A stretch of DNA of 64,000 nucleotides from Hydrolagus affinis. Its lineage: Eukaryota. The stretch lies in the NCBI GenBank assembly GCA_012026655.1, contig JAAILG010000887.1, positions 1-64,000 of the forward strand, given 5' to 3'. A program made the translations under genes and the position numbers. Positions 12,865 to 25,370 of this stretch are shown one piece after another (position 1 is the first letter of the stretch; each line of letters begins with the position of its first letter). Below the pieces are notes generated by a model that saw only the letters and a list, made by a program, of their open reading frames with translations, ran no database searches and had not been told where the DNA came from.

Positions 12865-14769
12865 CATGCTTTTAAAGTATTCTGCGCCAGAAAATAACCG
12901 TCCAAAATTCCCCCCTCTCCCGCCAATCCCCACCAAGCAACGTGTATTTCTTTTAAATCCCACTTTTCTTTTACCGAGACTGATGTATTTGTTTAGAAAG
13001 TACACAACTTGGCTTCAATCGCCCTGCTTCCGAGGATCGAAAAGCAAGACGGGAGTTCTGTGCATCGGCATGGAAATTTCCCGTTGCGCACTCCTCTCTT
13101 CCCTGGAGGGACGCGACCTGCCTTACTTAAACGCCAGGAAAAACAGAGTATTTCTGCTCGGGTTGCCAGTCCTAATACTCGTATTCGAAGGAGGAAATTA
13201 ATCTTTGTTCTGGGCCCCTGCATCAGTCAGTTGTTCATCGGCCAGTCTGCGAGGGAGCCAGCAACAGGCCAGTAATAAGCATTTCAAGGCCTATGATTAC
13301 CAACCAAACCATTCACGGTCCAGTCCCCTTTCCTACGATCACTACATCTCATCAGCGCGATGAATACATGCACGGCACAACTTTTGAGGCCACAACTGCA
13401 GTATAGATAGATCATAGTGAGACAGTACAAAGCCAGCAAATATTAACAATCTCACCCCCATTACACAGTTCTTTGGGGATTCGGCTCATAAATAAAACAG
13501 ATACTTTTTATGAGTCACGCATCCTTTGGAAAGTTTAATAGAGTAGAGATGCAGGCTGTGTGGGTCAGCCCCTGCGATGCCATCCCGACGGTAATCTGGT
13601 GCGGAAAAGGAAACAACCTTGACAATGAAAACTGCTATGTTGCGAAGATGGATTTCAAGGCAATCTAATGGCAAAAGCCACTGTTCAGTTTCAAAGCAAT
13701 GCATTGAAGTATCCATTCCCTTTTTAAACGCGAGAACCCAGTGCCAAATCTGTAATGTGAGGAAGGGAAAAGAAAGAAAAAAAATTAGCAGGACTAAATT
13801 GGCATTACTTAAACCTATTAACTTGGCTGCCTTGATGGAAATTAAATCATCCCATTTATCAGGCCATCTCATAAAGCGAGGTCCATCAGGACACATTCCA
13901 AAACATTAAAGAGTCAAACTCTAGAAAATGTTTGCCAGGAAGGATTTTTTTAAAAAGTGCAACAAAGGAGTTTGTAGATTTCTCTTGTTTTTAAAGCGAA
14001 TCGCCTCTCCTATATATTCAATAATTCTATAGTGCTGATACCAGAGAGAGAAAAAGAGAGAGAGAGGCAGGGAGAGATCATTGTGAAATAGCAAGGAGAC
14101 TTTGGGTTAAATAACACATGCTCATTGCAATTTTGTATTGTACGGATTCCCATAACCTGCAAAGTGCAGAGTGTTTTTGTGTGCGGTAAATAAATCTTAG
14201 GACAACTGATCCATCCCTGTGTCAAGATAATAATTCATGCAGAGTATCTGAGACTGAGACCGGGAGTTCAGGGAACCGTAATAAGTGGCGAAGGAGAAGC
14301 TGATTGCGAATCTTAAATAAATGGTTGAAAATATGTCTCCATTGCAAAATTTTGCGTCCAATATTTACACTGACCAGTGCAGATGCTGAAGGAATGGAAA
14401 ATTAACACACATTAGTACAGGACTCTGAGGAATGTTTTTCCATGTGTCAGCAGCTTTCAACACCTGCAAACCCACAGACTTAAGGCATCACTGAGGGACA
14501 GAGATAAACCACAGATGCCTTCAATTGCTCCGAACCAAGCAAATGCGATCGCATTTATTATATGCAATAAACGGTCCCCCCTGCTTTTAATTTAAAAGCA
14601 TCTGGATTTATATTTTGCTACGTAACCACACCAGTTTGCACTGTCTCTCTTCCAGCACACACACACACACGCCTAAACAACAACAAAATTACATTTGTAT
14701 AGCGCTTTTCTCATCGAGAGGTCTTCTCAAGGTGATGAAACATATAGCTTCCACTCCTCTGCACCCCCC

Positions 14770-15124
14770 CTCACCCCCACCTACCTCTCTGACTTCCTCT
14801 CTCCTCAAAACAGCTCCCGTTGCCTTCGCTCCCCTGGGTCTTGGCCTCTCCATGTCCCCCCGAATCCTCCGCTCCACCCTCGGCGGCCGTGCCTTCAGCC
14901 ACTACGCCCCGAGGCTCTGGAACTCCCTTCCTCACTCCCTTAGCCTCACGCCCCCACCTCTCTTCCCAGTTTCAGGTCCCAGCTGAAGACCTTTCTCTTT
15001 GACCGCACCTTTGGTCACCTTTCTACCCCCTGCCCCTGGCTCAGTCCCGGGATCCGCTACTGTGAAGCGCTCTGAGACGCCGTCCGGCGTGGAGGGCGCT
15101 ATGTAAATTTAAATAATTGTTGTT
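14770..15124 (+). mobile_element. L2 LINE 3' end, second subfamily
   Basis: STLGGRAFSHYAPRLWNSLP peptide; variant tail agcgctctgagacgccgtccggcgtggagggcgct. Confidence 0.85.
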
Positions 15125-17437
15125 ACAGTTTACAGGGACTAATCCCAAGCTGTTAGCACAGAGAGCTTTTGCTGTGTGGAATTTTATCAATATAATTTAA
15201 GATATTACATTGTCTACGTACAAGTAGGAAACACACAACTTCACACCTTCTGATCTTTTGATCAATTGCAATATGAGATGGTGACCCAGGGAAATTTATT
15301 AAGGCAGAGCAAGGAACTTTCTGTCTCAAAAAGAAATTTATCTACCACTGATATTCAGTAAATATTCACTTTCATCACTGAAGGTGATTTATTTTCAAGC
15401 CGGTCATCTAAACTACAGTTCTGTACTGTATTTCTTTCCTTGCTTCAACTGCATAATGTTTCCGTTTTAAGCCACTAGGAGGCCCAGTAAGACTGCCCTC
15501 AAATCTAAGACTACCCACCTCCGTCGCCTGGACGCCAAAACAATTGACAGGGTGGGTTGAAAAGTCACATCCACTCTCAGCCCTTTTGTGAGACTTGAAA
15601 GTCCCCTCCCGAATCCCTCAAACATTTACTCCCTCAGTTATCAATTTGGGCTCGACTCCCATAAGGTGAGAAATCATAGCATTAAAAATGAAAGGTGTTC
15701 AGCATCGGGGAGATGTCTGGTAGAGGTGGACTGTTGGCTGCCTCCGCACTTCTTCTGCCAGATATGATCTGTTTGTATGCCCATATCAGCCTCCCTTTTT
15801 TTGTCTTCGGATTCAAGTTTAGGTGAGAGCTCCTCCCCCAAACTTTTTGATATTGGGTCCTATCCATTTTATTCTACATAATGATCAAGTCAAGATCAAA
15901 GGCCTTCAAAGAGTATTCTTTTGGATATAAGTGTCTGGGGGCGATTGCTAACTGAAGAAATCCAATGAATTGTTTATTAACTACATAAAGCCATTCCAAG
16001 AAGAAAGAACACAAGTCTTTGAGCACAGATCTAGTATTAATACGCTAGCTTTATTCGCACTTTTCTACACTGCCGGCTTCACAGTGTACCCTTCACAATG
16101 TATATCACTCCAAGTGCTCTCTAAGTCTTCACCTGCACCGATAGAGAAGTGTGGAAATATTTGCCCCAAATTGCATTGAAACTTTTTAGATTTTGTGGAA
16201 AATCGTGGGGTGGGGGTTTGACAAATTTTGCAAAACAAATTGCAGGTGGGGGGGGGAGGGCACTGTTGGTTGGTGCTGTTGAGGTACATTTTATTACCAA
16301 CCTATACTTTTCTACTTAATTGACAAAATGCAATTGGCTGCCGCGTTTCGTCCACAAAATATACAGTCAATTTACTTTACAGTATATTCTGTCGAAGAGC
16401 TTTGAGACGTCTTAACATAGTGATAAGGTGCTATTCTAAAATGCGAGGATTATTACTATGATTGTTGTGATTCATTATGATAATATTGATAACAGTGAGC
16501 CTTTCACATCGGGAGAATTTTTTTTTACTGCAAAGTGTAGTGACTGTGCGAGTTGGAGCGGACAAAGGGAGCTGAAAGTAGCTTTGCGGAATGCAAATGA
16601 TTTCAGGAGCCTGGCTGGATTAAAAAAAAAAGTTGGGGAATTCAAAAGAACTACACTGCAGGAAACTTCATAACTTATAATGACTTAGCTTTCTGGAAAC
16701 ACAAGCTTAATGAGATCCTTAAGGGTTGAATCTCCATTATTTGGCATCAGAGCCACATAATATGAAAATGAAACTTTGTTAGTTTATACGGGTTTTCAGA
16801 AGGTGGATAATTCCCAGACTACTTAGGGGATTATTATTGTCTAGATGTGATTCTCTAATTACTGCAGGGACACGTAGAAACATCAGTGTTGGGGTCCCTT
16901 TGTTGTTTTTAGGATACATCGAGCTGTAACCCATGGAATGTCAGGAGCACCTGTAGTGAAAGCTGTACTGCGGGAAAGCAAATTGCGCTCACAAAGCCCC
17001 ACAGATCTGCGAGAGACACTTTAGATATTTACATTCTGTGTGTTTCATTGCTGGCGTGTGTATGTGGCAGGCCCTCTAAATCTATCCTAGCATTTCCCCC
17101 AACAAATATACACTCAATTCACTTTGCAGTATATTCTGTGAAGCGCTTTGAGACGTCGATAAAATGTGAAAAGCGCTATATCAAATGCAAGGATTGTTAT
17201 TATTATTATCCTTCCATTAATTCTGATGCCATTTTCCCTGTGGCCGACTTAGATTTTTTTTAACGTCCCATTTATGTGACGTTTTGACAACCTAATAAGG
17301 CCCTCTCTCAACTGCAAGGATTATTATCAGATTATTATAATTCGGGACAAAGGCCACGGCGTTTCTCTCTCCAAACGTTACATTGTGATAGGATTCATCA
17401 GGGGAGCAAAGAAAGTTTCCATCCACAGATCAACAAG

Positions 17438-17580
17438 TGTCAAACACTTTCGTTTTAACGCAATGAAAGAATCGATCGCACTACTGTTTCCTTAAAAAAA
17501 ACAATGATTTTTTCTGTTTGTTTTGAGGAAACAGTGATGCGATCAATTCTTTAATAACATTAAAAATAAAGGATTTGACA
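17438..17580. repeat. Imperfect inverted repeat, 60-bp ungapped arms (MITE/Eulor-like hairpin)
   Basis: Arm 17438-17497 versus the reverse complement of 17521-17580: 48/60 identical, 23-nt spacer. Confidence 0.8.
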
Positions 17581-17871
17581 TGAGAATCTGGTGTGCAAGA
17601 TACACGGGATATATACACTGCTAAACATACCAAACACCTAGGATTTCAACATGTATGAACGACAAAACCAAGGCTATTGAAATCTAAACTGATCCGATGG
17701 ATCGGGATTAGGAAGCTTCTGCCTATTGAAATAAGGTTCATGTACAAGGTGTTTAGGTGGCTGCGAACCGCGATTGGTTCTTTTTTAAAAAAAAGTGAAG
17801 GTGAGAACTGTACATACGAATTTCATTTACAAAAAAATGTATCTAATGATTGATTAGATGGCTACTCCATG

Positions 17872-18132
17872 ACAAGCGAGAGAACCGGGTTCGATTCCCG
17901 GCAGGGAGAAAAACCTTAGGCAAGTCTCCTCACTCTATATGCCTGATAATAAACCCGCCAGAAAAATCGCTCACAACTATTTGTGGGATACTGCTGTACG
18001 CAATTTGCTGTCGTGTTTCGCCCACTATATATATGTGTGTGTTTATATATATATATATGTGTGTTCATTTACAGTACATTCTAAAAAGAGCTTTGAGACA
18101 TCTGGAAGACGTGAAAAGAGCTACATCAAATG
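17872..18132 (+). mobile_element. tRNA-derived SINE, diverged
   Basis: ggttcgattcc B box, body and tail. Confidence 0.75.
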
Positions 18133-18926
18133 CCCTCTGCTATAAACAGCCTAAACAATTAATTGTTTAGTGGGTTTATAGATGGCAGAGAGTCGCTTGG
18201 GCTTCGGTAACAGCTGTTTCGGTAACAGCTGACGTCGCTGTAGGCGGTGGGGTGCAAGAGGCAAATGGGCTTCACTCCACTTAAGACTGTGTGATCCCAC
18301 AGTCCTTACCTGGGGCTTGAACCCACAATCTTCTGGCTCAAAAGCTAGAGCGCTGCCACTGCTTCAGGCTGACACTCCACAATAAAGAACTAGGAGAGCC
18401 GTTCCCACAATCATCATTCACCTCGGCAATTTTTATTGCACTGCAGCAAACGCTGTTTAGTAGGTTAACACAGAATCATGCGGTTGAAATGTCTATTATA
18501 TAGAGCGCTGTCTAATAACTTATTCCACCACGCTACCTCACACCACCTTTTATTTTGCTCCTCATCTCCTTCAGTCCTGTTCCCGCATACATAAATCACG
18601 TTGTGGACTTCATTATCGACTCAAACTTTCGCTTTTATGTCAGCTTTGAAACTCTCGGAGATCAAGAGGAATTTATTTTGAAAACAGTCAGCAGTGTCTT
18701 GCACCCAAATTCTAGGTCACATCAACAGTGCATAATCGACGCGCACAATACAGACAGAGACACAGAGATGCACACACACACATACACATATGTATAGAGA
18801 GAGAACCACATACACACACACACACAAAGACATTGACATGGAAGTTCCTGCAAACAAGTATTGGATTTATCAGAGCCTTTGTGATTGAGAAGTAACATCG
18901 TTCCTCCTTTTCTTATGTTCTTATTA

Positions 18927-19037
18927 AGGCGGGCAGATGGAGTTAGATTAGAAGATCGGCCATGATCTTATTGAATGTCGGGGCAGGCTAGAGGGGCCGA
19001 ATAGCCTACTCCTCCTCCTAATTCCTATGTTCTTATG
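18927..19037 (+). mobile_element. CR1 LINE 3' UTR fragment
   Basis: gatcggccatgatcttattgaatg...ggccgaatagcctactcct...tatgttcttatg; same family as 39731-40108. Confidence 0.75.
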
Positions 19038-20739
19038 ACCGATGGACCTTCCTATTAAATAAACAATTCATTGAAACCGTCTCAAAGGTAGTGAATTTGT
19101 AGTATGGGTGATGAAAGTCCATGTGTCAAATCCCAACGAATGTTAATGTAATAGTGAAATATCAAATATCAAACTCAGTGTTTGGGTCTGGTGGATTTAA
19201 CCTCCGCTCTCAGATAATAATACTGTAATAATAATTCTTGCATTTGAATACGGCGCCTGATCACATTGTTGAGACGTCTCAAAGTGCTTCTCACTATATA
19301 TATATTATATATATATACTGCAAAAGAGAATGGACTGTACATTTTGTGAGTGAAACGCGGCAGCTAATTGCTGGTCTGCAATACCACACCACCAAATTCC
19401 AAAAGTGTTTGAAATAGATCAGCATTGATAGCATAGAAGATCTCATGGAAGCATCAGGAAATACTGTGTTATATTCATTAAACCATTAGTATTTACCTAC
19501 TTCGTGCCCAAATTTTTACAAATGAGTTAAAACACACTTCCCTATTCTGTTCAGCTTCCCCTTTTAAGCATCCAGGACAATTATACTTTATCCTTTTCAT
19601 GTGGGCGCAAAGAGAATTTTTAAAAAGGTTTGCAAATACTCGGAATGAATTAAAATAAGTCTTAGTTTCTGCTACTTTTTTTTTCGCTGACTCGTGTAAT
19701 AAATGTTCTATTTTTCCTGTGTAATCCAGCAATTTAAGCCACTGAAACCAGCGTCGCAAAACAATTTATATCGTACTTCTGTGACTAAAACAAAACAAAC
19801 TATGTTTAGTAAGTTGAATAACACTGAGTCCCCCTACCCCACCTCCCACCAAAAAATAAAATGAATAAATAAATTTCCAAGAACAAATCCTATGAACCAA
19901 ATTGAGGAGCACACTTAGCTTGGTTTTCAAACAGAGATCCAGAAACTGTTTTATTTGCAATAATTGCTGGGGGGGTGGAAAAAAAGAATGGAAATTACCA
20001 GAATTTGTAGCCTGAGCTGGGACAAAAGTAAGTTCGGATAAATAGCTGCGGGATCGAAAAGTGCCTTTGGTAGAGGCTTTCTCGATTGATTGACAACCTT
20101 AGGGGCAGCCTTATGGGAGAAAAATGGAGTATAATTGAAGACTTTAAACCAGTCTCTTCCTTTCTATTGCAAACAGGAAATAGTCCTGGGCTTTGCTGCT
20201 CTTACTTTCTACCAGCAACTGGCATTAAGTCGGTCCCACGACTTGGGAAGAATCGCACACAGCTAATGTAACATAGTGCAGTAGAAATTTCCTTTCAGCT
20301 GCTTTAGTCAATATGTGTCGTATAGATTTAATCCACTATGCTCCCTTACACAATGGCTTGCGGCCCACACTGCCTTGGCTTGATTAGCTGATTTTCTACA
20401 TCTCAATAAAACTGCTTTGGTTTTGTTACATCCAGCGCAGTCTGTCGTAACATAAAGAAGGTTGGCCTTTGTTGTGGAGACAGTTAGACTGGAGGTTACT
20501 TACCATCCTACCGTTAGATAGAGTTGTGAAATGGTTCTTTTTTCTCTCCCCCCCCCCCACCTCCCACCGAGCGAAAGAGTTATTTTCCTTTTGAATAAAA
20601 AAAAGATTTTCTTTAGGGAATGAAAAAAAATCCACAAAGCACCACAATAAGTAACCATTCCACAGCTAGTATCCGCTCAGAGCGAAGTCTGTCTATTAAT
20701 CTATTCACAAGATATCCTTCACTTCCAATTCTGTTTAAC

Positions 20740-20966
20740 AATAATAAACCTCGCATTTGATATATCACCATTATTGAAACATCTCAGAGCACTTCACAGG
20801 ATTTGCTCTAACTTGTATTTTTCAGGCCACCGGCAATACAACACTCCCCCAGCATTGCTGCGGAGTGTCGGCCGAGACGATGAGTCAAAAGCCACAATAA
20901 GGTTCTTGAACCAACAACCTTCTGACACAGAGGTGAGAGCGCGACTGACTGAGCCAGGCTGACACC
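20740..20966 (-). mobile_element. Old Deu-type (SacSINE1/AmnSINE-like) SINE remnant
   Basis: Minus-strand head gtgtcagcctggctcagtc...ctctgtgtcagaaggttgttggttcaag; a related head lies at 18310-18376. Confidence 0.6.
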
Positions 20967-21067
20967 TTCGCTGTCCAATTTCCTTGCACGTGTGATTTCA
21001 ACTGTAATGCGCTTCCCATCATTCCATTCTACTTCCTACATTGAATCAGTTCGAGATAGATTATCAA

Positions 21068-21275
21068 ACTGTTGGTGGGGACGCTGCTGTGCGCATTTGG
21101 CTGTCGCGTTCCGCCCACAAATATATAGTCAATTCACTTCACAGTACATTCTGCAAAGCGCTTTGAGACGTCGATAAGATGTGAAGACGTCGATAAGATG
21201 TGAAGACGTCGATAAGATGTGAAAAGCGCTATATCAAATGCAAGGATTATTATTATTGTTATATTTATTATTATT
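21068..21275 (+). mobile_element. SINE 3' half with a 19-bp triplication in the tail
   Basis: (gacgtcgataagatgtgaa)x3 at 21167-21223. Confidence 0.85.
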
Positions 21276-22038
21276 ACCAACACGGACTTATGTACACGGG
21301 TACATGAACCGGTAACTGTTGCTGCTAACGGTGACAAATTAATAGCTGTAGCTCCCACACTATTGCAGTTATTTCATGTGTAATCAAAATAGTACCATTT
21401 CAAACAAGCAGTGAATGCAACAGAACTTCTCTGAGTTCCGCCGTTCGCTTTGCGTTCCTTATTCGAAATAAGATTGCGTTAAGATGTGGCCCATTCGATG
21501 CAACCTCGTTTCGGAGAATAATTCAGAGCATAAAGAAATGAGTTGGGTGTTGAATTTCTAGGGCAAGGAAGGAAACAGCCTTCAAGGAAAATGACGGTAC
21601 GTACAATTATCTGTCGGACACAATGGCAGTTTATTTTCCCCCCCCAATGAGTTTAGTACATTGACAAAATCGAAAGTCAGATCAAGTGCAATGCAATCTG
21701 TGACAAAGAATTAGAAATGATGTTCATTGTTCATTAGTTGCTTGACTGTCTTTCTTAGACTCCCCCCACCCCACCCCGCCCGCCCCGTATCGCAAACCAT
21801 TGGTTTGGGAAGGAGTCAAAGCTAGGAAGCCACGTTGAACTGCATGCCCATTTCACCCCAATACAATGTCTGCCATTCCCATCCGAAAACGGAAACATTT
21901 TCGTCTTGAACGCACATTCCGTTGCTCGGTGGGAGCAATTTCTTAATAAATATCACCTGGCAACCCAGGAAACGCACACAGTACTATTGCGAGGACTTTG
22001 AAGGCTTCCTATGAGCAGGAAGAAAATGAGCAGTGTGC

Positions 22039-22258
22039 TAATAATAATAATAATAATAATAATAATCCTTGCATTTGACATAGCGCTTTTCACGTCTTCT
22101 ACACGTCTCAAAGCGCTTCACAGAATATAGACTGTATATTTGTGGGTGAAACGTGGCAGCCATTTTGCGCACAGCAGTGTCCCCACAAACACTCGTGGAT
22201 GGTGTGACCAAATTATTTATGGTTTTGTTTTTTTCGGAGGGATTATTGTTAGGCCTGA
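22039..22258 (-). mobile_element. SINE, 5'-truncated
   Basis: (AAT)n followed by the reverse-complement tail and body. Confidence 0.85.
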
Positions 22259-22996
22259 TCAAAAAGGAATGTTGGAAAAGACAACGAGCGAGAGCTATGT
22301 AGGGCAGAGGGAAGGTAATTCATACGTTGAGACGTCCGCGATGGGCAGATGCCTGGAAATCTTCTCTCCTGTACCTCATTGGCTTTGGTGAAAACCAATT
22401 AAATGTAAAAGAGAAAAAAATGAAGAGTAATTTAATTTCTCTGATTGAAATTTAGCAAAGTGCAATCAATCATGTAAGTTACATTAACATGGTGATCAGT
22501 CTCAGTTACAGACACACACACACACAGACACACACACACACACAGACTGATGGGCCCTCCACTGGCAGGGAATTGTGGTCTTTATTAAAAGTGATTTTGG
22601 TTAAACAAGCACTACAGATGCCAATTAGCTGAATTATGTATTTCAGCACAGAACACAGCTAATGAAAAGGATAGGCATTTTAAGTGAAAATTCTCATTTA
22701 AGAAGCACTACAAATCCATTACAGTGGGTAAACGGCATGGAGGAACAAATATTGTTAAATTACTTCCTGTGAAATTCACACACAAGTAAACAGATCTTAT
22801 AATTGCCACCAAAACCTGTTAATGTTATAATATCTAGTACGTGACCCAATGAGTTTGCCATCCAAAGAACCAAAGCTCACACAATCTGCGTGTAACACCT
22901 TTTAGATATGGGAATGAAGGAGTGCGCAAAACTCCAGATTTCTGTGTGTTCATGGGGATGCAATTATCGTTTCGCCCACAAACATACAGTCAATAT

Positions 22997-23200
22997 CCGC
23001 CTAGCCCCCTCCCTGGTTTCCTTCAAGTCGTACCTCAAGACTCTCTTCTTCGATGGACCCATTGGTAACTCCTTATCCCCCTTTCCCCCCTCCCTAACCC
23101 TATCATCCTCAGCTCAGCTCCGAAGCAGTAACTGTCCAGCGCCTTGGGACGTCCCCTGACGTGAAAGGCGCTATACAAATGTAATTTTGTTGTTGTTGTT
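22997..23200 (+). mobile_element. L2 LINE 3' end
   Basis: RLAPSLVSFKSYLKTLFF peptide, stem-loop and (TTG)n. Confidence 0.85.
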
Positions 23201-23239
23201 GCAATACAGAAATGCATATTACTGCACAGTAACGTTTCA

Positions 23240-23465
23240 AAAACTCAAAACCCTGCTGATGCTGGAAGTCTGAAACAAAAACAGAAATGGCTGGCAACAC
23301 CCAGCAGATGAGGCAGCATCTCTACGGAGAAAGGGAAAGTGAGTCAACATCTCGGTTCCCGCGAGCCTTCAGTTCAGACGAAGGGTTGACTCATGCTGAC
23401 TCACTTTTCCCTTCTCCATAGATGCTGCCTGACCTGCTAGTGTTCCCAGCCATTTCTCTTTTTCT
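23240..23465. mobile_element. Older, degenerate palindromic copy of the Penelope-like element
   Basis: Inverted arms (gaaatggctgg-aacac...gcagcatct...gagtca / tgactcac...agatgctgcc...gtgttcccagccatttc) with a decayed gacgaagggt centre. Confidence 0.7.
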
Positions 23466-23524
23466 TTCCCGTTCACTGTTAAATGGAAATAGAATTTCAG
23501 AAAAAGAAAATGATTTCGCTTGTT

Positions 23525-23700
23525 TTAGACGCTAAAGATCTCATGATCCTAGTTAGGAAAGAGAAGGGGGGGTTTAACCCAGTGTCCTGGCCAACAATTC
23601 CCCAGATACAATTGGTCATTATTTCCTGTCTACTTGTGGGATATTGGTGTATGTAAATCTGCTGTGTTTGCCTGACAAATACAGTCACTACTCTTTAATA
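23525..23700 (+). mobile_element. Old Deu-domain SINE fragment
   Basis: taaagatctcatgatcctag...cagtgtcctggccaacaattccc resembles the Deu/AmnSINE1 core (from memory of the consensus). Confidence 0.6.
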
Positions 23701-23979
23701 ATACCAACAAATAATACAGTGGTAAGAATGATCCTTACATTTGGTACAGCTCTTTTCACAATAGGTGAATGTGACAAAGAGCTTCCAGGACACTCTGAGA
23801 CGATGAGACATTTCAACGGCCAGGCGCTTGAACAAGTGCAAAGATTATTAGTATTATTCTTACTCCCAGTTACGGCAAAATTTGCATATTGGTTTGAAAA
23901 CACATACATACCGATTAGGCAATTTCACGCCTAGGTTTTATAGTTAGGATTTTTTCTCTCTCTCACTCTCTCTCTCTGC

Positions 23980-24520
23980 ACTCAGCCAGATGGCTTTAAA
24001 AGAGTTAAAGTGACTATTTGCCATTAAGCCTTCCTAACTGTCATTATAAATTGTAATTATAGCATTTGTGACTCTCACCAGATGATAACATTCCGTCATC
24101 AGCCCCTGCAAAGTTTGCGGAATTTAATCTAAAAGCATTTTTTCCCTTGAATTACCTAATTATCTGGTAGAATTATAAAAGTCAAATCTGCACCACCAAC
24201 TGTTCCCCGCGCTGCCAGGATGTGCGTTGTTGCAAAACTGTAGTAAAATGTAAACAAAAGGGCGCCATTAAAATGGGAAAAAAAAGCCTTTCACGTTTCG
24301 CATTCCCAGCGGTTTCAACCAAGGGAGCACTTTGCAAATAAACAAAGTCAGTGCGACTAATAAACTCTCGCTCTAATTACTGGCTGTAGTTGTATCAACT
24401 GAAGCAAATGGGAAACGTGCAACCATTAATTATCTAATGAGGCCAACAATATATCAGATGAGGTGGAGCTGATTAAATATTAAACAGCAGCATATGGAGA
24501 ATGCTCTGAAGAGATGAGCA
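23980..24520. promoter_or_regulatory. Candidate conserved non-coding element (enhancer)
   Basis: TE-free 540-bp block dense in TAAT/TAATTA/CCATTA, TGATTAA and ACAAAG motifs, downstream of rbfox1. Conservation is inferred, not measured. Confidence 0.5.
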
Positions 24521-25184
24521 CATGAAAGAACAAACCAATTCATTTCGAGGAAGCAAAAGACAAGACCAGGGCTCAATCAACGCACCAAAAAAAACACACA
24601 CACACACACACACACACAAGAGAGGAGAAGGCAATTAGGTTTGAAATAGATACGCAAAAGAATCCAGCAGGAGGATAGCAAAGCTTAGCTTCTGAAAGAC
24701 CAAATGCCTTCAGACAAAGGAAAAGGCAGTGGATAAAAGGTACAGCAGAAGGGGGTGATGGAAAGGATATCAAACTTAGTTTGACCCTCGTCAAATACAC
24801 AAAACATTTCCAGTTCGAGTATACGCACACCCACACAAACACACACACCTGCAAAGCTTACTCCCAGCAACACTAATATACCTGAATCCCAAGCCAGACT
24901 TTATCTCTAGGATTATTGTGGTCCACAGATGCGCAAACTTACATGGATGAAGCCATTAAATGGAGGATGACTAAACTGTAGATTTTGCAGGAATTAATCT
25001 GAAGCAAAAATAGTATCTTTGAGCCCACACAATGCAGACTTACAGGAACTTGTATACCCAAATCTCACAGGTGAGGGTTGTGTGCAGAGTGAGCAAGTAC
25101 AAAGCCAACTGTTCCCTCAAGCTTCAAAGTTGGAAAACTATCCAAGAAGTTTGCTTTAATCTTCAGGCAAGTCAAGGCCCACGA

Positions 25185-25370
25185 ATAAAATTGGTCGTTT
25201 CAATCCACGACTGTTTGTGGAACACTGCTGCTCGCCATTGGCTGCCACGTTTCGCCAACAGATATAGATTCAATTCACTTTACGGTATATTCTGTGAAGC
25301 GCTTTGAGACGTCGATAAGATGTGAAAAGCGCTATATCAAATGCAAGGATTATTATTATTTATTATTATT
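25185..25370 (+). mobile_element. SINE 3' half
   Basis: Body, stem-loop and (ATT)n. Confidence 0.85.

Noticed and set aside
12473-12875. Recurrent ORF peptides such as 'GTLLCAIGCRVSPTNIQSIHF' and 'RNWLPRFAHKYTVNS'
   Set aside because: These are translations of the non-coding SINE body.
18203-18231. 15-bp tandem duplication (also a 12-bp one at 55088-55116)
   Set aside because: Ordinary local slippage duplications with no further structure.
21167-21223. CRISPR-like direct repeats
   Set aside because: No spacers, eukaryotic context, and the unit is a SINE tail segment.
22642-22662. REST/NRSE-like site TTCAGCACagaacACAGC
   Set aside because: Lacks the invariant GG of the right half-site.
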